A stretch of DNA of 64,000 nt from Terriglobia bacterium (GCA_963695545.1 OY968796.1:3648001-3712000); one strand, 5' to 3'. Shown: positions 8,816 to 20,313, counted from the first letter of the stretch. Made by a program: numbers and translations. The notes: a model not told the origin generated them from the letters alone.

Positions 8816-9919
8816 TTACTTCGCGACGTGCGCGGCGGCCGCCAGAGATTGAGGGAAATCTTCGGGGGCCGTGGCGTGGAATTCGGCGCGAGTCTTGGGG
8901 AGCGCGCCGGGGTGCCTCTCTTGCAGGAACTGGATTAATTTTTCGCGGACGTAGCAGCGGAGATCCCAGGCGGTGCCGGAATCGCGGGCGTCGACGAGGG
9001 CGCGGAGCTGGAGAGTTTTTTCCGTGGCGTCGCTGACTTGCAGGCTGCAGACTTCGCCCTTCCACAGATTCGTGGATTTCACGATGCGGTCGAGCTCCTC
9101 GCGCACTTCTTCGACGGGCACGGAATAATCCACGTACAACATCACCGAGCCGAGCAGATCGGCGTTGCGGCGCGTCCAATTCTCGAACGGGTGCTCGATG
9201 AAGTAGGAGAGCGGCAGGATCAGCCGGCGCAAATCCCAGATGCGAACCACTACGTAGGTGGAGCCGATTTCCTCGATCCAGCCCCATTCGCCCTCGACGA
9301 CTACGGCATCGGCGATGCGGATCGGCTGCGTGAAAGCGACCTGCATTCCGGCGATCAAGTTGGATAGCGTGCTCTTCATCGCGAGGCCGACGACGAGTCC
9401 GGCGAGGCCGGCGGAGGCGAGCAGGCTCATGCCGATGTGCTTGATATCGGGGAAGGTCATGAGCATGACGGAGACGGTGGTGATGACCACGACGACGATC
9501 ACGATTCGGTGCAGCACTACGATCTGCGTGTGGACGCCGCGCGCGCGGAGATTGTCCGCGACGTCCATGCGATAGCGCGCAGCGACAATGTCGGAGACGA
9601 CGAGGACGGACAAGATTACGAGCCAGGCGACCGCGGCGATCAGCGCGAGGCCTGCGGCGCGCTGCATCGGAGTGAGGACGTCTTCGGGAAGTCGCGCGCC
9701 GGGGAGCACGAAGAGTATCGCGAGGAGCGGGAGAATCCAGAGCGTGGGCCACTGGCCGTGGCGGACGAGCGAACTGACGAAAACATCGCCTTTGCGACGA
9801 GCGAGGCGCTTCAGAATGAAAAACAAAACAGCGTGGACGGCCAGCGCGACGACCACGGCAGCGGCCAGAACGGCGCTGGGCCAGATCCAGGCGGACCAAT
9901 CGTGGAGGAAGCGATCCAT
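8816..9919 (-). CDS. Small-conductance mechanosensitive channel (MscS family)
   Basis: LLASAGLAGLVVGLA, NLIAG, QPIRIAD.V.VEGEWG.IEEI and WDLRRLILP motifs. Confidence 0.9.
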   Translation of the reverse strand: MDRFLHDWSAWIWPSAVLAAAVVVALAVHAVLFFILKRLARRKGDVFVSSLVRHGQWPTLWILPLLAILFVLPGARLPEDVLTPMQRAAGLALIAAVAWLVILSVLVVSDIVAARYRMDVADNLRARGVHTQIVVLHRIVIVVVVITTVSVMLMTFPDIKHIGMSLLASAGLAGLVVGLAMKSTLSNLIAGMQVAFTQPIRIADAVVVEGEWGWIEEIGSTYVVVRIWDLRRLILPLSYFIEHPFENWTRRNADLLGSVMLYVDYSVPVEEVREELDRIVKSTNLWKGEVCSLQVSDATEKTLQLRALVDARDSGTAWDLRCYVREKLIQFLQERHPGALPKTRAEFHATAPEDFPQSLAAAAHVAK

Positions 9920-10013
9920 CTGGAAATGTTAAATAAATTGGAGCGCGGGGAAAATACGACGAATACCCTATATCGGCGGGAGCGGTAAATTCGTTCCTAG
10001 TCGAGCAATAACC

Positions 10014-10700
10014 TCAGTGGGCGTGCTTGGCGCGGCTGCGGGCGGGGCGGACCCAGATGCGGCTGGTGGCGGGCTTGCCGAGATGCACGCGGCGGCCTTC
10101 GATTTCGAGGGTCATGGTTTCGTCGTATTCGCGGCGGCGAATGCGGATGCGCGCGCCGGGGCGGAGACGCAGGCCATCGAGAAATTCGAGGAAGCGCGCG
10201 TCTTTTTCGTAGACCGAGAGAACTTCAACCGTGCGGGGGACGGCGACTTCGCCGAGCGGCATGGCGCCGCTCCGGCGCAGGCGATCGAGTCCGCCGGCCA
10301 TGGGGACGCCGTGCGGGCAGGAACCGGATGTGCCGAGGCGGCGCGCGAGGAGGCGCTCGACTTCGGGGGAGATGCCGTGCTCGAGGCGCTCGGCTTCGAC
10401 GTGTGCGCGCGTCCAATCGAGGCCGATGACGTCGGTGAGGAGCTTTTCGGCGAGCTGATGGCGCAGAGCGAGGCGCGCGGCTTCGGCGCGTCCGCGCGGG
10501 GTGAGCACGATCACGCCGCCGCGCTCGATGCGCAGGAGGCCGTCGCGCGTGAGGCGTTTGAGCGCGGCGGTGACGGCGGGCGGCGTGACGCCGAGTTCAT
10601 CGGCGAGGCGCGCGCTGATCGGGGCGCGGCGCTCCTGAACCATTTCCCAAATGGCTTTGAGATAATCTTCGCGAGAGACGCTGGTTTTTTCGCGCGGCAA
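10014..10700 (-). CDS. DtxR/MntR-family metal-dependent repressor with FeoA-like C-terminus
   Basis: SREDYLKAI, HTH, H..AE.LL, EAERLEH, CPHG.P. Start placed at TTG 10700 after AGAGGA; the longer ORF runs into a REP. Confidence 0.85.
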   Translation of the reverse strand: MPREKTSVSREDYLKAIWEMVQERRAPISARLADELGVTPPAVTAALKRLTRDGLLRIERGGVIVLTPRGRAEAARLALRHQLAEKLLTDVIGLDWTRAHVEAERLEHGISPEVERLLARRLGTSGSCPHGVPMAGGLDRLRRSGAMPLGEVAVPRTVEVLSVYEKDARFLEFLDGLRLRPGARIRIRRREYDETMTLEIEGRRVHLGKPATSRIWVRPARSRAKHAH

Positions 10701-10760
10701 TTTTATTTGTCCTCTGCGCTTCTCTATTCGATTACGAAAAATCGGCTGCCGGAGAAAAGC

Positions 10761-10888
10761 GGGCGGAGACAAGCTCCGCCCCTACAAAACCTATGTCCAT
10801 CGATCGCGCGATCGCAGTGCGGCGCCAACAGTGCGGTACGCGGCGCGTGCCGTCGAGCGAAGATGGAGGCCTGAAGGCCTCCGCTACA
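10761..10888 (-). repeat. Two GTAG-type REP hairpins (10761-10786 and 10865-10888)
   Basis: GGGCGGAG-acaag-CTCCGCCC-CTACA and GGAGGCC-tgaa-GGCCTCC-gCTACA. Confidence 0.7.
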
Positions 10889-10936
10889 TAACCCATTCGG
10901 GCGGCCATCAGGCGGCGGCACGCCGTGCAAATCCTC

Positions 10937-11398
10937 TCACCGAGGGAGCGCGCGATCGAGGCGCAGCGCTAAATCTCTTAGGCGCCGCTCGATGTCATCA
11001 CAGATTTCGCGGTAAACGTCAAGGTCGGAGCCGTAGGGATCGGCCACGGGCCAATCTTCGACGCGCGGGCCGCCATCTTTCGACATCCATGCGCTGGGGC
11101 GGCCGCTCATATTGATGATCAGGTCGGCGGCGCGGCGCGTTTGCTCGGTGAGCGGCTTCGAGGAGAGGCGGGCGGCGGGAACGCCGCGTTCGGCGAGGAC
11201 GGCGGTGGTGGGCGACGCGATTGTGCCGAGGGCGATGAGGCCGGCGCTCGAGGCTTCGATCAGATCGGGATAGCGGTGGCGCGCGATGGCTTCGGCCATC
11301 GGGCTGCGGCAGGAATTGCCGAGGCAGATGAAAAGCACCTTGGTTTTTTTTGGCGCAGCGTCAGGAGTTGCGTTTGAAATTGTTTTAGGAATGGGCAC
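10937..11398 (-). CDS. Low-molecular-weight protein tyrosine phosphatase / ArsC-like protein
   Basis: P-loop VLFICLGNSCRSPMAE; DW.VADPY. Confidence 0.85.
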   Translation of the reverse strand: MPIPKTISNATPDAAPKKTKVLFICLGNSCRSPMAEAIARHRYPDLIEASSAGLIALGTIASPTTAVLAERGVPAARLSSKPLTEQTRRAADLIINMSGRPSAWMSKDGGPRVEDWPVADPYGSDLDVYREICDDIERRLRDLALRLDRALPR

Positions 11399-11413
11399 GG
11401 GTGCCTGCGCGGT

Positions 11414-12040
11414 TCAGGAGTTGGTCTTCCCTGCTGCGGACGCGGAGGATTCCGCCGCGGCGGTGGCGGAGGCCATGCGCACGAAAAGTTCGTGGACGGC
11501 GGTGTCGGCGGTCAATTCGGGATGAAACGTCGCGGCGAGGATGGCGCCCTGGCGGACGAGCACCGGTTGACCCGCGCTGCGCGCGAGAATTTCGACATCG
11601 GGGCCGACGCTTTCGATGATGGGCGCGCGAATGAAAACCATTTCGAGCGGCTCGGCTTCGAGCGAAGAGGGCTCGCGGCGAATTTCGCTCGAGAGTTGAC
11701 GGCCGTAGGCGTTGCGCAGGACGACGGCGTCGAGCAGATTGAGCGAGCGCTGCGGGGGATTTTTGACTTCGCGCGCGAGGAGGATGGTGCCGGCGCAGGT
11801 GCCGAAAATGGCGCGGCCGTCGGCGGCGAAATCCACGAGCGCTTTATCGAGGCCTTCTTCGCCGAGAAATTTCAGCATGGTGGTGCTTTCGCCGCCGGGA
11901 AGGATTACGCCGTCGAGTTCTTCGAGATCGCGCGGCCAGCGGACGAGCGTGTGGGCGACGCCGAGGCGTTCGAGCGCGGCGGCGTGCGCGGCGTAATCGC
12001 CTTGGATTGCGAGGATGCCGATTTTGGGCGTTCGAGTCAT
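11414..12040 (-). CDS. pdxT: PLP synthase glutaminase subunit
   Basis: GILAIQGD, PGGEST, FGTCAG, RNAYGRQ, FIRAP and FHPE motifs. Confidence 0.95.
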   Translation of the reverse strand: MTRTPKIGILAIQGDYAAHAAALERLGVAHTLVRWPRDLEELDGVILPGGESTTMLKFLGEEGLDKALVDFAADGRAIFGTCAGTILLAREVKNPPQRSLNLLDAVVLRNAYGRQLSSEIRREPSSLEAEPLEMVFIRAPIIESVGPDVEILARSAGQPVLVRQGAILAATFHPELTADTAVHELFVRMASATAAAESSASAAGKTNS

Positions 12041-12089
12041 CGTGCGATCGTTTCCGAAACAAGATTTGCGCCGCGCGTACGGGAAAATG

Positions 12090-13034
<945 letters not shown>

Positions 13035-13099
13035 GGAGATTCTCCTCAATGCAATCTTACTCAAACCTGGTTCAAGAAAACATCTGCGTAGAAATACGA

Positions 13100-14644
13100 C
13101 TACACAAGCGCGACGCGGGCCGGTTCGACGCGGCGCGAAACGCGCTGACGCTTGCGCATCTCGGATTTCAGCACCTCGGCGAGCGTGGCGATGGCGCGGC
13201 GAATTTGAGGTTCTTCGACGCCGGAAAAACCCAGGCGCAGCGTGTTGGGCTGCGGATTCTGGCAGTAGAAATATCGGCCGGGCGCGAAATCCACGCCGCG
13301 CTCGCGGACGTGAATCAGCAATTCGCTGGCGTCGAAGCCGGCGGGCAATTCAACCCACACGCACATGCCGCCCTGCGGCCAAGTCCAACGCGCGGCGGAG
13401 GGCATGTGGCGTTGGAGCGTTTGCTGCACGACGGCCAGGCGATCGGAATAAACGCGGCGCATGCGCGCGATGTGCCGCGCGAGCATGCCGCGGCGCGTGA
13501 ATTCGGCGAGCGCGGCCTGCGCGAGTTGATCGGAGTGCAGGTCGGTGGCCTGCTTCACGGAGCGCAAACGCTCAATCACGCTGGGCGGACCGACGATCCA
13601 GCCGATGCGCAGGCCGGGAAAGGCCACCTTCGAGAAGCTATCGATCTGAATCACGAGATTCGATCGATCGAGTTGGCGGAGCGAAGGCAGCTGTCGATCG
13701 TTTGCGTGCAATCGGGCGTAGATGTGGTCTTCGACGATGGGCGCTTGATGGCGCGCGGCGATTTCGAGAAGGCGGCGTCGCGATTCGAGCGGCATGGTGG
13801 TGCCGGTCGGATTGTGAAAATCGGGCGTCAGGATAATGAGCTTGACGCGATTGGCGGAAAGCGTGGCTTCGAGCGCGTCGACGTCGAGTCCGGGCGTTTC
13901 ATTTTCCGCGATGCCGCTGCGCACGGGGACGCCGAGGCAGCGCGTGCGGCCGCTATTGAAAACCGAAATCGCGCCGGTGTAGCCGGGATTTTCGAGGACT
14001 ACTGCGTCGCCGGGGCGCAGAAACGCTTTGGCCAGAAGATCGAGCGATTGCTGGCCGCCATCGGTGATGAGGAGATTTTCCGGCGCGGCGGGCGCGCCTT
14101 CCTGGCGCAGCAGCTCGAGCAGGGCTTCGCGAAGCGGCGGATAGCCGTCGGAAGGACCCATTTGCAAAATGCGCGCGCCTTCGCGCGAGAGGACCGCGTT
14201 GACGCAGGTGTGAAATTCGTCGAGCGGGAACAATTTGTGATCGGGGCGCGCCATGACGAAGGACACGGCGTCGGGCGGCCCGCCGCGGGTGAGGCGCTGG
14301 AGATTGCCGTCGGCGCGCTCGTCGGCGAAAAGAGATTCCCAGCGCAGGCTGCCGCCATTTTCGGGGACGGGCGGCGCGGGCGGGGCGAATTTCTTGGCGC
14401 CATTCGCGGTACGGATGAAAGTGCCGCGGCCGACGTGGCCCTGGATCAGGCCTTCGGATTCAAGTTCGGCGTAAGCGTTTGCAACGGTGGTGCGATGCAC
14501 GCCGAGCTGCGAGGCGAGTTCGCGGCTGGCGGGAATGCGGTCGCCGGGGCGCAGCTCGCCTCCATGAACCAGGGCGCGGAGCTGATCGCGCAGCTGGACG
14601 TAGAGCGGAACGTGGCTTTCGGGTTGCAATTGGAGAGGCAGCAT
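13100..14644 (-). CDS. MocR/GabR-family regulator (GntR HTH + aminotransferase-like domain), PdxR-like
   Basis: [44 protein letters not shown]; lies directly upstream of pdxST. Confidence 0.9.
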   Translation of the reverse strand: MLPLQLQPESHVPLYVQLRDQLRALVHGGELRPGDRIPASRELASQLGVHRTTVANAYAELESEGLIQGHVGRGTFIRTANGAKKFAPPAPPVPENGGSLRWESLFADERADGNLQRLTRGGPPDAVSFVMARPDHKLFPLDEFHTCVNAVLSREGARILQMGPSDGYPPLREALLELLRQEGAPAAPENLLITDGGQQSLDLLAKAFLRPGDAVVLENPGYTGAISVFNSGRTRCLGVPVRSGIAENETPGLDVDALEATLSANRVKLIILTPDFHNPTGTTMPLESRRRLLEIAARHQAPIVEDHIYARLHANDRQLPSLRQLDRSNLVIQIDSFSKVAFPGLRIGWIVGPPSVIERLRSVKQATDLHSDQLAQAALAEFTRRGMLARHIARMRRVYSDRLAVVQQTLQRHMPSAARWTWPQGGMCVWVELPAGFDASELLIHVRERGVDFAPGRYFYCQNPQPNTLRLGFSGVEEPQIRRAIATLAEVLKSEMRKRQRVSRRVEPARVALV

Positions 14645-14667
14645 TGGTTCTCCAGACCGGGCCAATC

Positions 14668-14689
14668 TACAGGATTATTATATCCTGTA
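14668..14689. promoter_or_regulatory. Inverted-repeat operator overlapping a -10 box
   Basis: TACAGGAT-tattat-ATCCTGTA; TATAAT on the minus strand at 14682-14677. Confidence 0.55.
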
Positions 14690-14791
14690 AAGAGCCATAT
14701 TGTCTCCCCACGAGAGGGCGCGTGGCGCGCCCGGCGAAGCGTAAACTAGCGAGGCGTTATTGCTTCAAGAGCCGCGAGGCCTCTACGAACG

Positions 14792-15421
14792 ATGACAGAT
14801 AGAGCAGCGCTCGGATATTGGTTGGTGGCGTTCGTGGCGACGGCGATCGCGGTCGTGGCGTGCGTCGCGTACGTCGATCGGCCTGTGGCGGAATTTTTCG
14901 ACCTGCATGTTCGCCACACTATGGCGTGGGTTTGGATTGAGCGGGGGTTGGCTCCGCTCAATTGGATTGTGGTGCTGGAGCTGGTGCTCCTCTTTGCTTG
15001 CGGGATATGGGTTGGGTCGGGCGGCGCGCTTGGTTCGTGGACTCGGGCGCCGCTTCTCTGCTTGTGGGCGACGATGTGGGCCATCGCGGCGGAAATCATT
15101 TTCAAACGCATCTTTGGCCGCGGTTGGCCCGATCCGACGTATGTGCGGGACGGCCTGTTCGGATTCCATTGGCTACATGGCGGCCCGCACTGGGAAGCGT
15201 TTCCGTCAGGAACGGCGTCGACTTGCGCTGCGATCGCGACGGTTCTTTGGATGGTCGCTCCGCGCTGGCGGACGGCCGGCCCGCTGATCGCTGCCCTGCT
15301 GAGTGTCGCGGTGGTGGTCACGAACGACCACTGGGTGGGAGACGTGATCGCGGGGGCGTTTCTGGGCGCGACGATCGGATGGATGACGGTTCGACTGGCA
15401 GCGGCCGCTCCGCGCAACTAA
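14792..15421 (+). CDS. PAP2-family membrane phosphatase
   Basis: K.IFGR..P, FPSG and H..GDV.AG motifs; several TM helices. Confidence 0.8.
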   Translation: MTDRAALGYWLVAFVATAIAVVACVAYVDRPVAEFFDLHVRHTMAWVWIERGLAPLNWIVVLELVLLFACGIWVGSGGALGSWTRAPLLCLWATMWAIAAEIIFKRIFGRGWPDPTYVRDGLFGFHWLHGGPHWEAFPSGTASTCAAIATVLWMVAPRWRTAGPLIAALLSVAVVVTNDHWVGDVIAGAFLGATIGWMTVRLAAAAPRN

Positions 15422-15717
15422 CGAAGCAATGCGCTCCGCGCAGTCCGGTCGGCCCTGATTTCGGCAGTCGCAAACGTCTTGACGAGGCAAAGGGCCCAGA
15501 CGCGAAATCGGGGCTTGTGAGACGTGCAAGAACAAGCCGTAGGGACTCCGCCGATGTCACCGGAGCCTGCTCTGCCGCGAAATTCTTTGGGGACGGGACA
15601 GGGGAGGAGTACGATGCGCCAGAAATTGAGCCAAATCGGAAATCCCGATTTAATGGCGTCGCGCGGTAAAGTCAATCGACCGTTTCTGAGGGTTCTCGGC
15701 TGTGCGAGCGAGGTTCG

Positions 15718-16521
15718 ATGACCAGTGAAACTCGCTCAGACGGTCTCGCTATCGAGTTGCGCAACGTGGCCTATCGCGTCGAGAACGGCCGCGCGCTGGT
15801 GACTGACCTCAGCCTGTCCATCGCGCGCGGCGAAACGCTCGTGCTGCTCGGGCGGAGCGGCTCGGGCAAGACGACCTCGCTTAAGCTGATCAACCGTTTG
15901 CTTGTGCCGAGCGACGGGGAAATTCTGATTGAGGGGCGCCCGCAATCGGAATGGGATGCGATTCGCCTGCGCCGCAGCATCGGCTACGTGATTCAGGACG
16001 TGGGGCTCTTTCCGCACTGGAACGTAGAGCGAAATGTGGCGCTCGTGCCGCGTCTGGAGAACTGGCCGCAGGCGCGTGTGCAAGAACGCGTCCGCGACAT
16101 GCTGGCGCTTGTTGGCCTGGACGCAAACGAGTTCGCGCAACGCTTTCCTCACGAGCTTTCCGGCGGACAGCGCCAGCGGGTGGGCGTGGCGCGCGCTCTT
16201 GCAGCCGACCCGCCGATCCTGCTGATGGACGAGCCGTTCGGCGCCCTTGATCCGGTGACGCGCGCGGGATTGCAGCGCGAATTTCGCGGGCTGGCGGCGC
16301 GCTTGGGAAAGACCATCGCGTTTGTCACGCACGACCTGCGCGAGGCCTTGCTGCTCGGCTCGCGCATCGCCCTTCTGGCGGCGGGCCGCCTGGTGGGTGT
16401 CTACCGGCCCGAAGAATTTCTTCGCGCTTCCGAACCGGAGGCGCGCGCGTTCGTGGATTCGCTCGATGCCGGCGCGCCGCCGGCCGCTGCGTCCGGCGCC
16501 GAACCGGGAGGCGAGCCGTGA
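15718..16521 (+). CDS. Osmoprotectant ABC transporter ATP-binding protein
   Basis: GRSGSGKTT, LRRSIGYVIQ..GLFPH, LSGGQRQR, LLMDEPFGALD. Confidence 0.92.
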   Translation: MTSETRSDGLAIELRNVAYRVENGRALVTDLSLSIARGETLVLLGRSGSGKTTSLKLINRLLVPSDGEILIEGRPQSEWDAIRLRRSIGYVIQDVGLFPHWNVERNVALVPRLENWPQARVQERVRDMLALVGLDANEFAQRFPHELSGGQRQRVGVARALAADPPILLMDEPFGALDPVTRAGLQREFRGLAARLGKTIAFVTHDLREALLLGSRIALLAAGRLVGVYRPEEFLRASEPEARAFVDSLDAGAPPAAASGAEPGGEP

Positions 16522-17165
16522 ACGTACTGAACTTCTTCGTGCAGCAACGCGCCGAAATTCTGGAGCGGACCATCGAGCATTTGTGGCTGGTATCCGCAGC
16601 CATGACGATCGCGGTGCTTATCGGCATGCCGCTGGGAATCGCGCTGGTGCGGCGGCGCGTGCTGCGGCGTTGGGTGCTCGGCGCGGCCAACGTGATGCAG
16701 ACGGTTCCGAGCCTGGCGCTGTTCGGATTCCTGCTTCCGGTGCCGGTGATCGGCGGCATCGGCGCCAGCACCGCGATCGTCGCGCTTACTCTCTACGCGC
16801 TGCTGCCGATTCTCCGCAACACGTACACGGGCATCGCCGGCGTGGACCCGGCGGTGGTCGAATCCGCGCGGGCCATGGGCATGACGCCGCGCCAGACGCT
16901 GTGGCAGGTCGAGTTGCCGCTCTCGATGGGCGTGATCCTCGCGGGCGTGCGCGTGTCCACGGTGATTTGTATCGGCGTCGCGACGATTGCGGCGGCTATC
17001 GGCGCGGGCGGGCTGGGCGTGTTTATTTTTCGCGGTGTGGCCATGGCCAGCAATCCGGTGATCCTGGCCGGCGCGATTCCCGCAGCCCTTCTCGCCGTCG
17101 CGGCGGACTTGCTCCTGGGTTTGCTCGAACGGCGGCTCACGCCGCGCCAGGCGACACGTGAATGA
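16518..17165 (+). CDS. Osmoprotectant ABC transporter permease
   Basis: QTVPSLALFG, LYALLPILRNT, EAA-like loop, GAGGLG. Confidence 0.92.
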   Translation: MNVLNFFVQQRAEILERTIEHLWLVSAAMTIAVLIGMPLGIALVRRRVLRRWVLGAANVMQTVPSLALFGFLLPVPVIGGIGASTAIVALTLYALLPILRNTYTGIAGVDPAVVESARAMGMTPRQTLWQVELPLSMGVILAGVRVSTVICIGVATIAAAIGAGGLGVFIFRGVAMASNPVILAGAIPAALLAVAADLLLGLLERRLTPRQATRE

Positions 17166-18061
17166 GCCCAATTCTTCTCCATCGGCGTGACGTTCTGCGG
17201 CTTGCGGGCGGAGCCACGCTGGCGCTCGCGGGCTGCCGCAGCGCGCGTGCGGACACGCTCATCGTCGGATCGAAAAATTTCACCGAGCAAATCGTGCTCG
17301 GCGAGTTGCTGGCGCAGCAGATCGAAGCGCACACCGCGCTCCGCGCCGACCGCCGCTTCGATCTCGGCGGCACGCTTCTCTGCCATCAGGCGCTTCTCGC
17401 CGGTCAACTGGACCTCTACCCCGAGTACACCGGCACCGCGCTCACCGTCATTCTCAAGGAACCTCCGGCGAGCGACCCGGCCGCCGTGTACCAAACCGTC
17501 CGCGACGCTTACAAGAGCCGGTTCGGCCTGGAGGTCGGGCCGCCCCTGGGTTTCAACAACACTTTCGCCATCGTCGTGCGCGGCGATGATGCCGCGCGCC
17601 TGCACCTCCGCGCAATCTCGGATCTCATCCCCATCGCGCCCAAATGGCGAGCGGGTTTTGGCTACGAGTTCATGGAGCGGCCCGATGGCTACGCCGGTCT
17701 GGTCAAGGCTTATGGCCTGTCCTTTGGATCCCAGCCGCGCATTATGGACCTGGGCCTGCTCTATCGCGCCCTTCAGGAAAAGCAGGTGGACGTCGTCGCC
17801 GGAAACTCCACCGACGGCCTGATCGCCGCGCTCGGCTTGGTCGTTCTCGAAGACGATCGCCACTATTTCCCGCCCTATCAGGCCGTGAGCGTGGTGCGCG
17901 AAGGGGCGCTCGAACAACACGCCGGGTTGCGCGAAGTGCTCGACGCACTCGGCGGAAGGATTTCGGAGGACGATATGCGCCGGATGAACTACGCCCTGGA
18001 CGGCGAACACCGCGACGTCACTTCCGTGGTCCGCGATTTCCGCGCGGTTCACCATCTGTGA
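17162..18061 (+). CDS. Glycine betaine/osmoprotectant ABC substrate-binding lipoprotein
   Basis: Twin-Arg signal with LAGC lipobox; VGSKNFTEQ, YPEYTGT, LEDDRHYFPPY. Confidence 0.92.
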   Translation: MSPILLHRRDVLRLAGGATLALAGCRSARADTLIVGSKNFTEQIVLGELLAQQIEAHTALRADRRFDLGGTLLCHQALLAGQLDLYPEYTGTALTVILKEPPASDPAAVYQTVRDAYKSRFGLEVGPPLGFNNTFAIVVRGDDAARLHLRAISDLIPIAPKWRAGFGYEFMERPDGYAGLVKAYGLSFGSQPRIMDLGLLYRALQEKQVDVVAGNSTDGLIAALGLVVLEDDRHYFPPYQAVSVVREGALEQHAGLREVLDALGGRISEDDMRRMNYALDGEHRDVTSVVRDFRAVHHL

Positions 18062-18202
18062 CATATTCGGCGGCGCGACACGCCGTTGCCGCGCACAAAA
18101 TATCTCTGATAAGAACTCTTGCCAACGGGCTGGTCATTTGCATGGATCTCACAAGATGTACAGAGACGGGACGTCTAGAGGCGCGCCGTCAGTTGAAGCC
18201 GC

Positions 18203-18763
18203 TTATTTGCTGGCGCCGGTTTGGCCTAGTTTACGGAGGCGCTCTTGGAGTTTGCGGCGGAGGGTGGCGGGCGTGTTTGGATTGAACGCGACGAGGTACC
18301 AGAGCGGTTGGCTGCGGTCGCGAGAAAGATTGGTGAGCGTGGTTGGATCGGCGTTGGGATGGCGCGCGACGTTTTCGCGGATGGCGGCGTAGGGGTGCTT
18401 GGCCAGGCGCGCGAGCGTCTTCGAAGAGACGCGGGGATGCTCGCTGATCAGGCGCAGGAGATAGAAATCGGAATCGGGGGCTTCTTTGGCCAATTTTTCG
18501 AGCAGCTCGGGCTTGGATTCGGAGCTCAAGACCCAGCCGACTTTTTCGTCCCAACCGGAATTGATGTTGTTGAGTTCCTTGGTGCGCTCGTGGATCAGCT
18601 CTTCGAGCGTGGCGCGCTCATGGGCCAGGCGGCCGGCGGCCAGCGTGGTGTTTTCGAGCGAATCGAGAACGCGCAAGAGATGCTGCCGCTCGCCGAAAAC
18701 GATTTGCGTGGTGCGCGCCCCGGTGGCCTTCGCGGGCGACGCGACCAAATCCGAACGTCTCAT
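18203..18763 (-). CDS. Hypothetical protein with leucine-rich-repeat-variant (LRV/HEAT-like) repeats
   Basis: Repeated VA.HPNA/NPNTP..L..L units. Confidence 0.65.
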   Translation of the reverse strand: MRRSDLVASPAKATGARTTQIVFGERQHLLRVLDSLENTTLAAGRLAHERATLEELIHERTKELNNINSGWDEKVGWVLSSESKPELLEKLAKEAPDSDFYLLRLISEHPRVSSKTLARLAKHPYAAIRENVARHPNADPTTLTNLSRDRSQPLWYLVAFNPNTPATLRRKLQERLRKLGQTGASK

Positions 18764-18785
18764 TTCGTCCTCACTTTATTATGCT

Positions 18786-19148
18786 TTATGAAAAACCCAG
18801 CTCGCCGGCCAATCGCTTGAGCTCGTCGTCGCGGATGAGCAGATGCGCCGAATCGAGCGGTGCGCCGGCCTCGCATTGGCGTTTGAGCCATAATCCCGTG
18901 ACATCGATCTTTTCCTCGCGCGAGAGGCGGTGCGGCCGGGGGCGCTCAAAGCGCCGCAAGGCATCGCCAGAAATCGCGACGACGACTTCCGTCATCCCAC
19001 CGACCACTTCGTCGCCGCCAGCCCGAAAGAAGAAAAGTTCGGGCTTATCCCCCATCGTGAGAAAGCCGGACTTCAGAAACTCGACCTCGCATGTCGAACC
19101 GGTGGGGCCGACAGCGGTGAACCGTTCATAGAGCGGTTCGTAATTCAC
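18786..19148 (-). CDS. Hypothetical protein
   Basis: Protein-like ORF co-oriented with 18203..18763. Confidence 0.6.
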   Translation of the reverse strand: MNYEPLYERFTAVGPTGSTCEVEFLKSGFLTMGDKPELFFFRAGGDEVVGGMTEVVVAISGDALRRFERPRPHRLSREEKIDVTGLWLKRQCEAGAPLDSAHLLIRDDELKRLAGELGFS

Positions 19149-19245
19149 AATGAATTATGGGTGTGGAGTAGGGGGTAGTAAAGTTAGTGGTGAGACGTGC
19201 GGTTCCATCCGCGCAACACGCGCGAGGGCGTAAAAGGAGCTTTCG

Positions 19246-19521
19246 ATGTCGGCGTTCGACGAACTGAAGGACGAACTGGAGCACTTTGAAACGATGATGG
19301 GGCGGCAACGGGGGCGGTTGGCGGTGACGCTCGACCGGCTGACGAACGCCATGGTGCTGATCGGGCAGCACAATGTTTATTGCCATTCGGCGCGCGATCC
19401 GCGGGTCCCGATGATGGACGTGCAGATGATTACGGGCGAATTGCGCACGGCGAAGGAACTGATTCAGAGCGTGATGGAGGAGATGCGCGCGGAGCGGGAG
19501 GCGAAGGAGCGGGAGGCGTAG
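19246..19521 (+). CDS. Small helical hypothetical protein
   Basis: AAGGAG RBS before the ATG; helical composition. Confidence 0.7.
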   Translation: MSAFDELKDELEHFETMMGRQRGRLAVTLDRLTNAMVLIGQHNVYCHSARDPRVPMMDVQMITGELRTAKELIQSVMEEMRAEREAKEREA

Positions 19522-19530
19522 GGGAGGGCG

Positions 19531-20253
19531 TCAGCGCAGGAAGGGATTCGATTCGCGCTCCGCGGCGATGGTGGTTGCGGGGCCGTGGCCGGGGAGGACG
19601 ATGGTGCGATCGGGCAGAACCAGAAGCTTTTCGCGGATGGAATCGATGATTTGAGGGTAGGAACCGCCCCATAGATCGGTTCGGCCGATGCTGCCGGCGA
19701 AGAGAGTGTCGCCGGCGAAAAGGAGCGGGGCGTTGCGATCCGATCCCGCCGCGGGCTTGCCTTGGGATTGCGGCGCAGAGTCGGGTGAAATTTCCGCTGG
19801 CATATAAAGCGTGATGCTGCCGGGGCTGTGGCCGGGCGTGTGAAAGATCTGAGCGGAGTAGCGGCCCCAGCGCACGGAGTCGCCTTCCTTCAGAAGCGAA
19901 TCCACTTTGGTGGTTTGCGGCGTGGGCAAGCCGAGCAGAGCGGCCTGAATCTCGAGATTTTCATAGAGCGGGAGATCGGCGGCGTGCATGAGGACGGGCC
20001 CGCCGGTTGCGCGGGCGAGACGCGCGAGGCCGCCGACGTGGTCAATGTGAGCGTGGGTGCTGACGATCGCGCGGACTTTCAGGTGATAGCGCGCGAGAAT
20101 TTCTTCGATGCGATCGACTTCGTCGCCCGGGTCGATCACCAGCGCCTCGCCGGTTTCGGCGTCGCCCACGACATGGCAATTGCATTGGAGCATGCCGACG
20201 GGCAGGATTTCGTGAATTAATCGTGCAGCCACGTGGGAAACTATAGCATCCAA
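19531..20253 (-). CDS. MBL-fold metallo-hydrolase (glyoxalase II-like)
   Basis: THAHIDH, TPGHSPG, GDTLF, PGHG. Confidence 0.92.
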   Translation of the reverse strand: MDAIVSHVAARLIHEILPVGMLQCNCHVVGDAETGEALVIDPGDEVDRIEEILARYHLKVRAIVSTHAHIDHVGGLARLARATGGPVLMHAADLPLYENLEIQAALLGLPTPQTTKVDSLLKEGDSVRWGRYSAQIFHTPGHSPGSITLYMPAEISPDSAPQSQGKPAAGSDRNAPLLFAGDTLFAGSIGRTDLWGGSYPQIIDSIREKLLVLPDRTIVLPGHGPATTIAAERESNPFLR

Positions 20254-20313
20254 TTTCCAGGGGAAGTTCAGGTCTGCGCCACATCATTCTGTTAGGATTT
20301 AAGGGGACGCATT

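Noticed and set aside
13049..14749. Long antisense ORFs (e.g. 13049..14749, 32303..34174, 42635..44104, 1568..2857)
   Set aside because: These are shadow frames of well-supported genes in high-GC DNA, with no recognisable domains.
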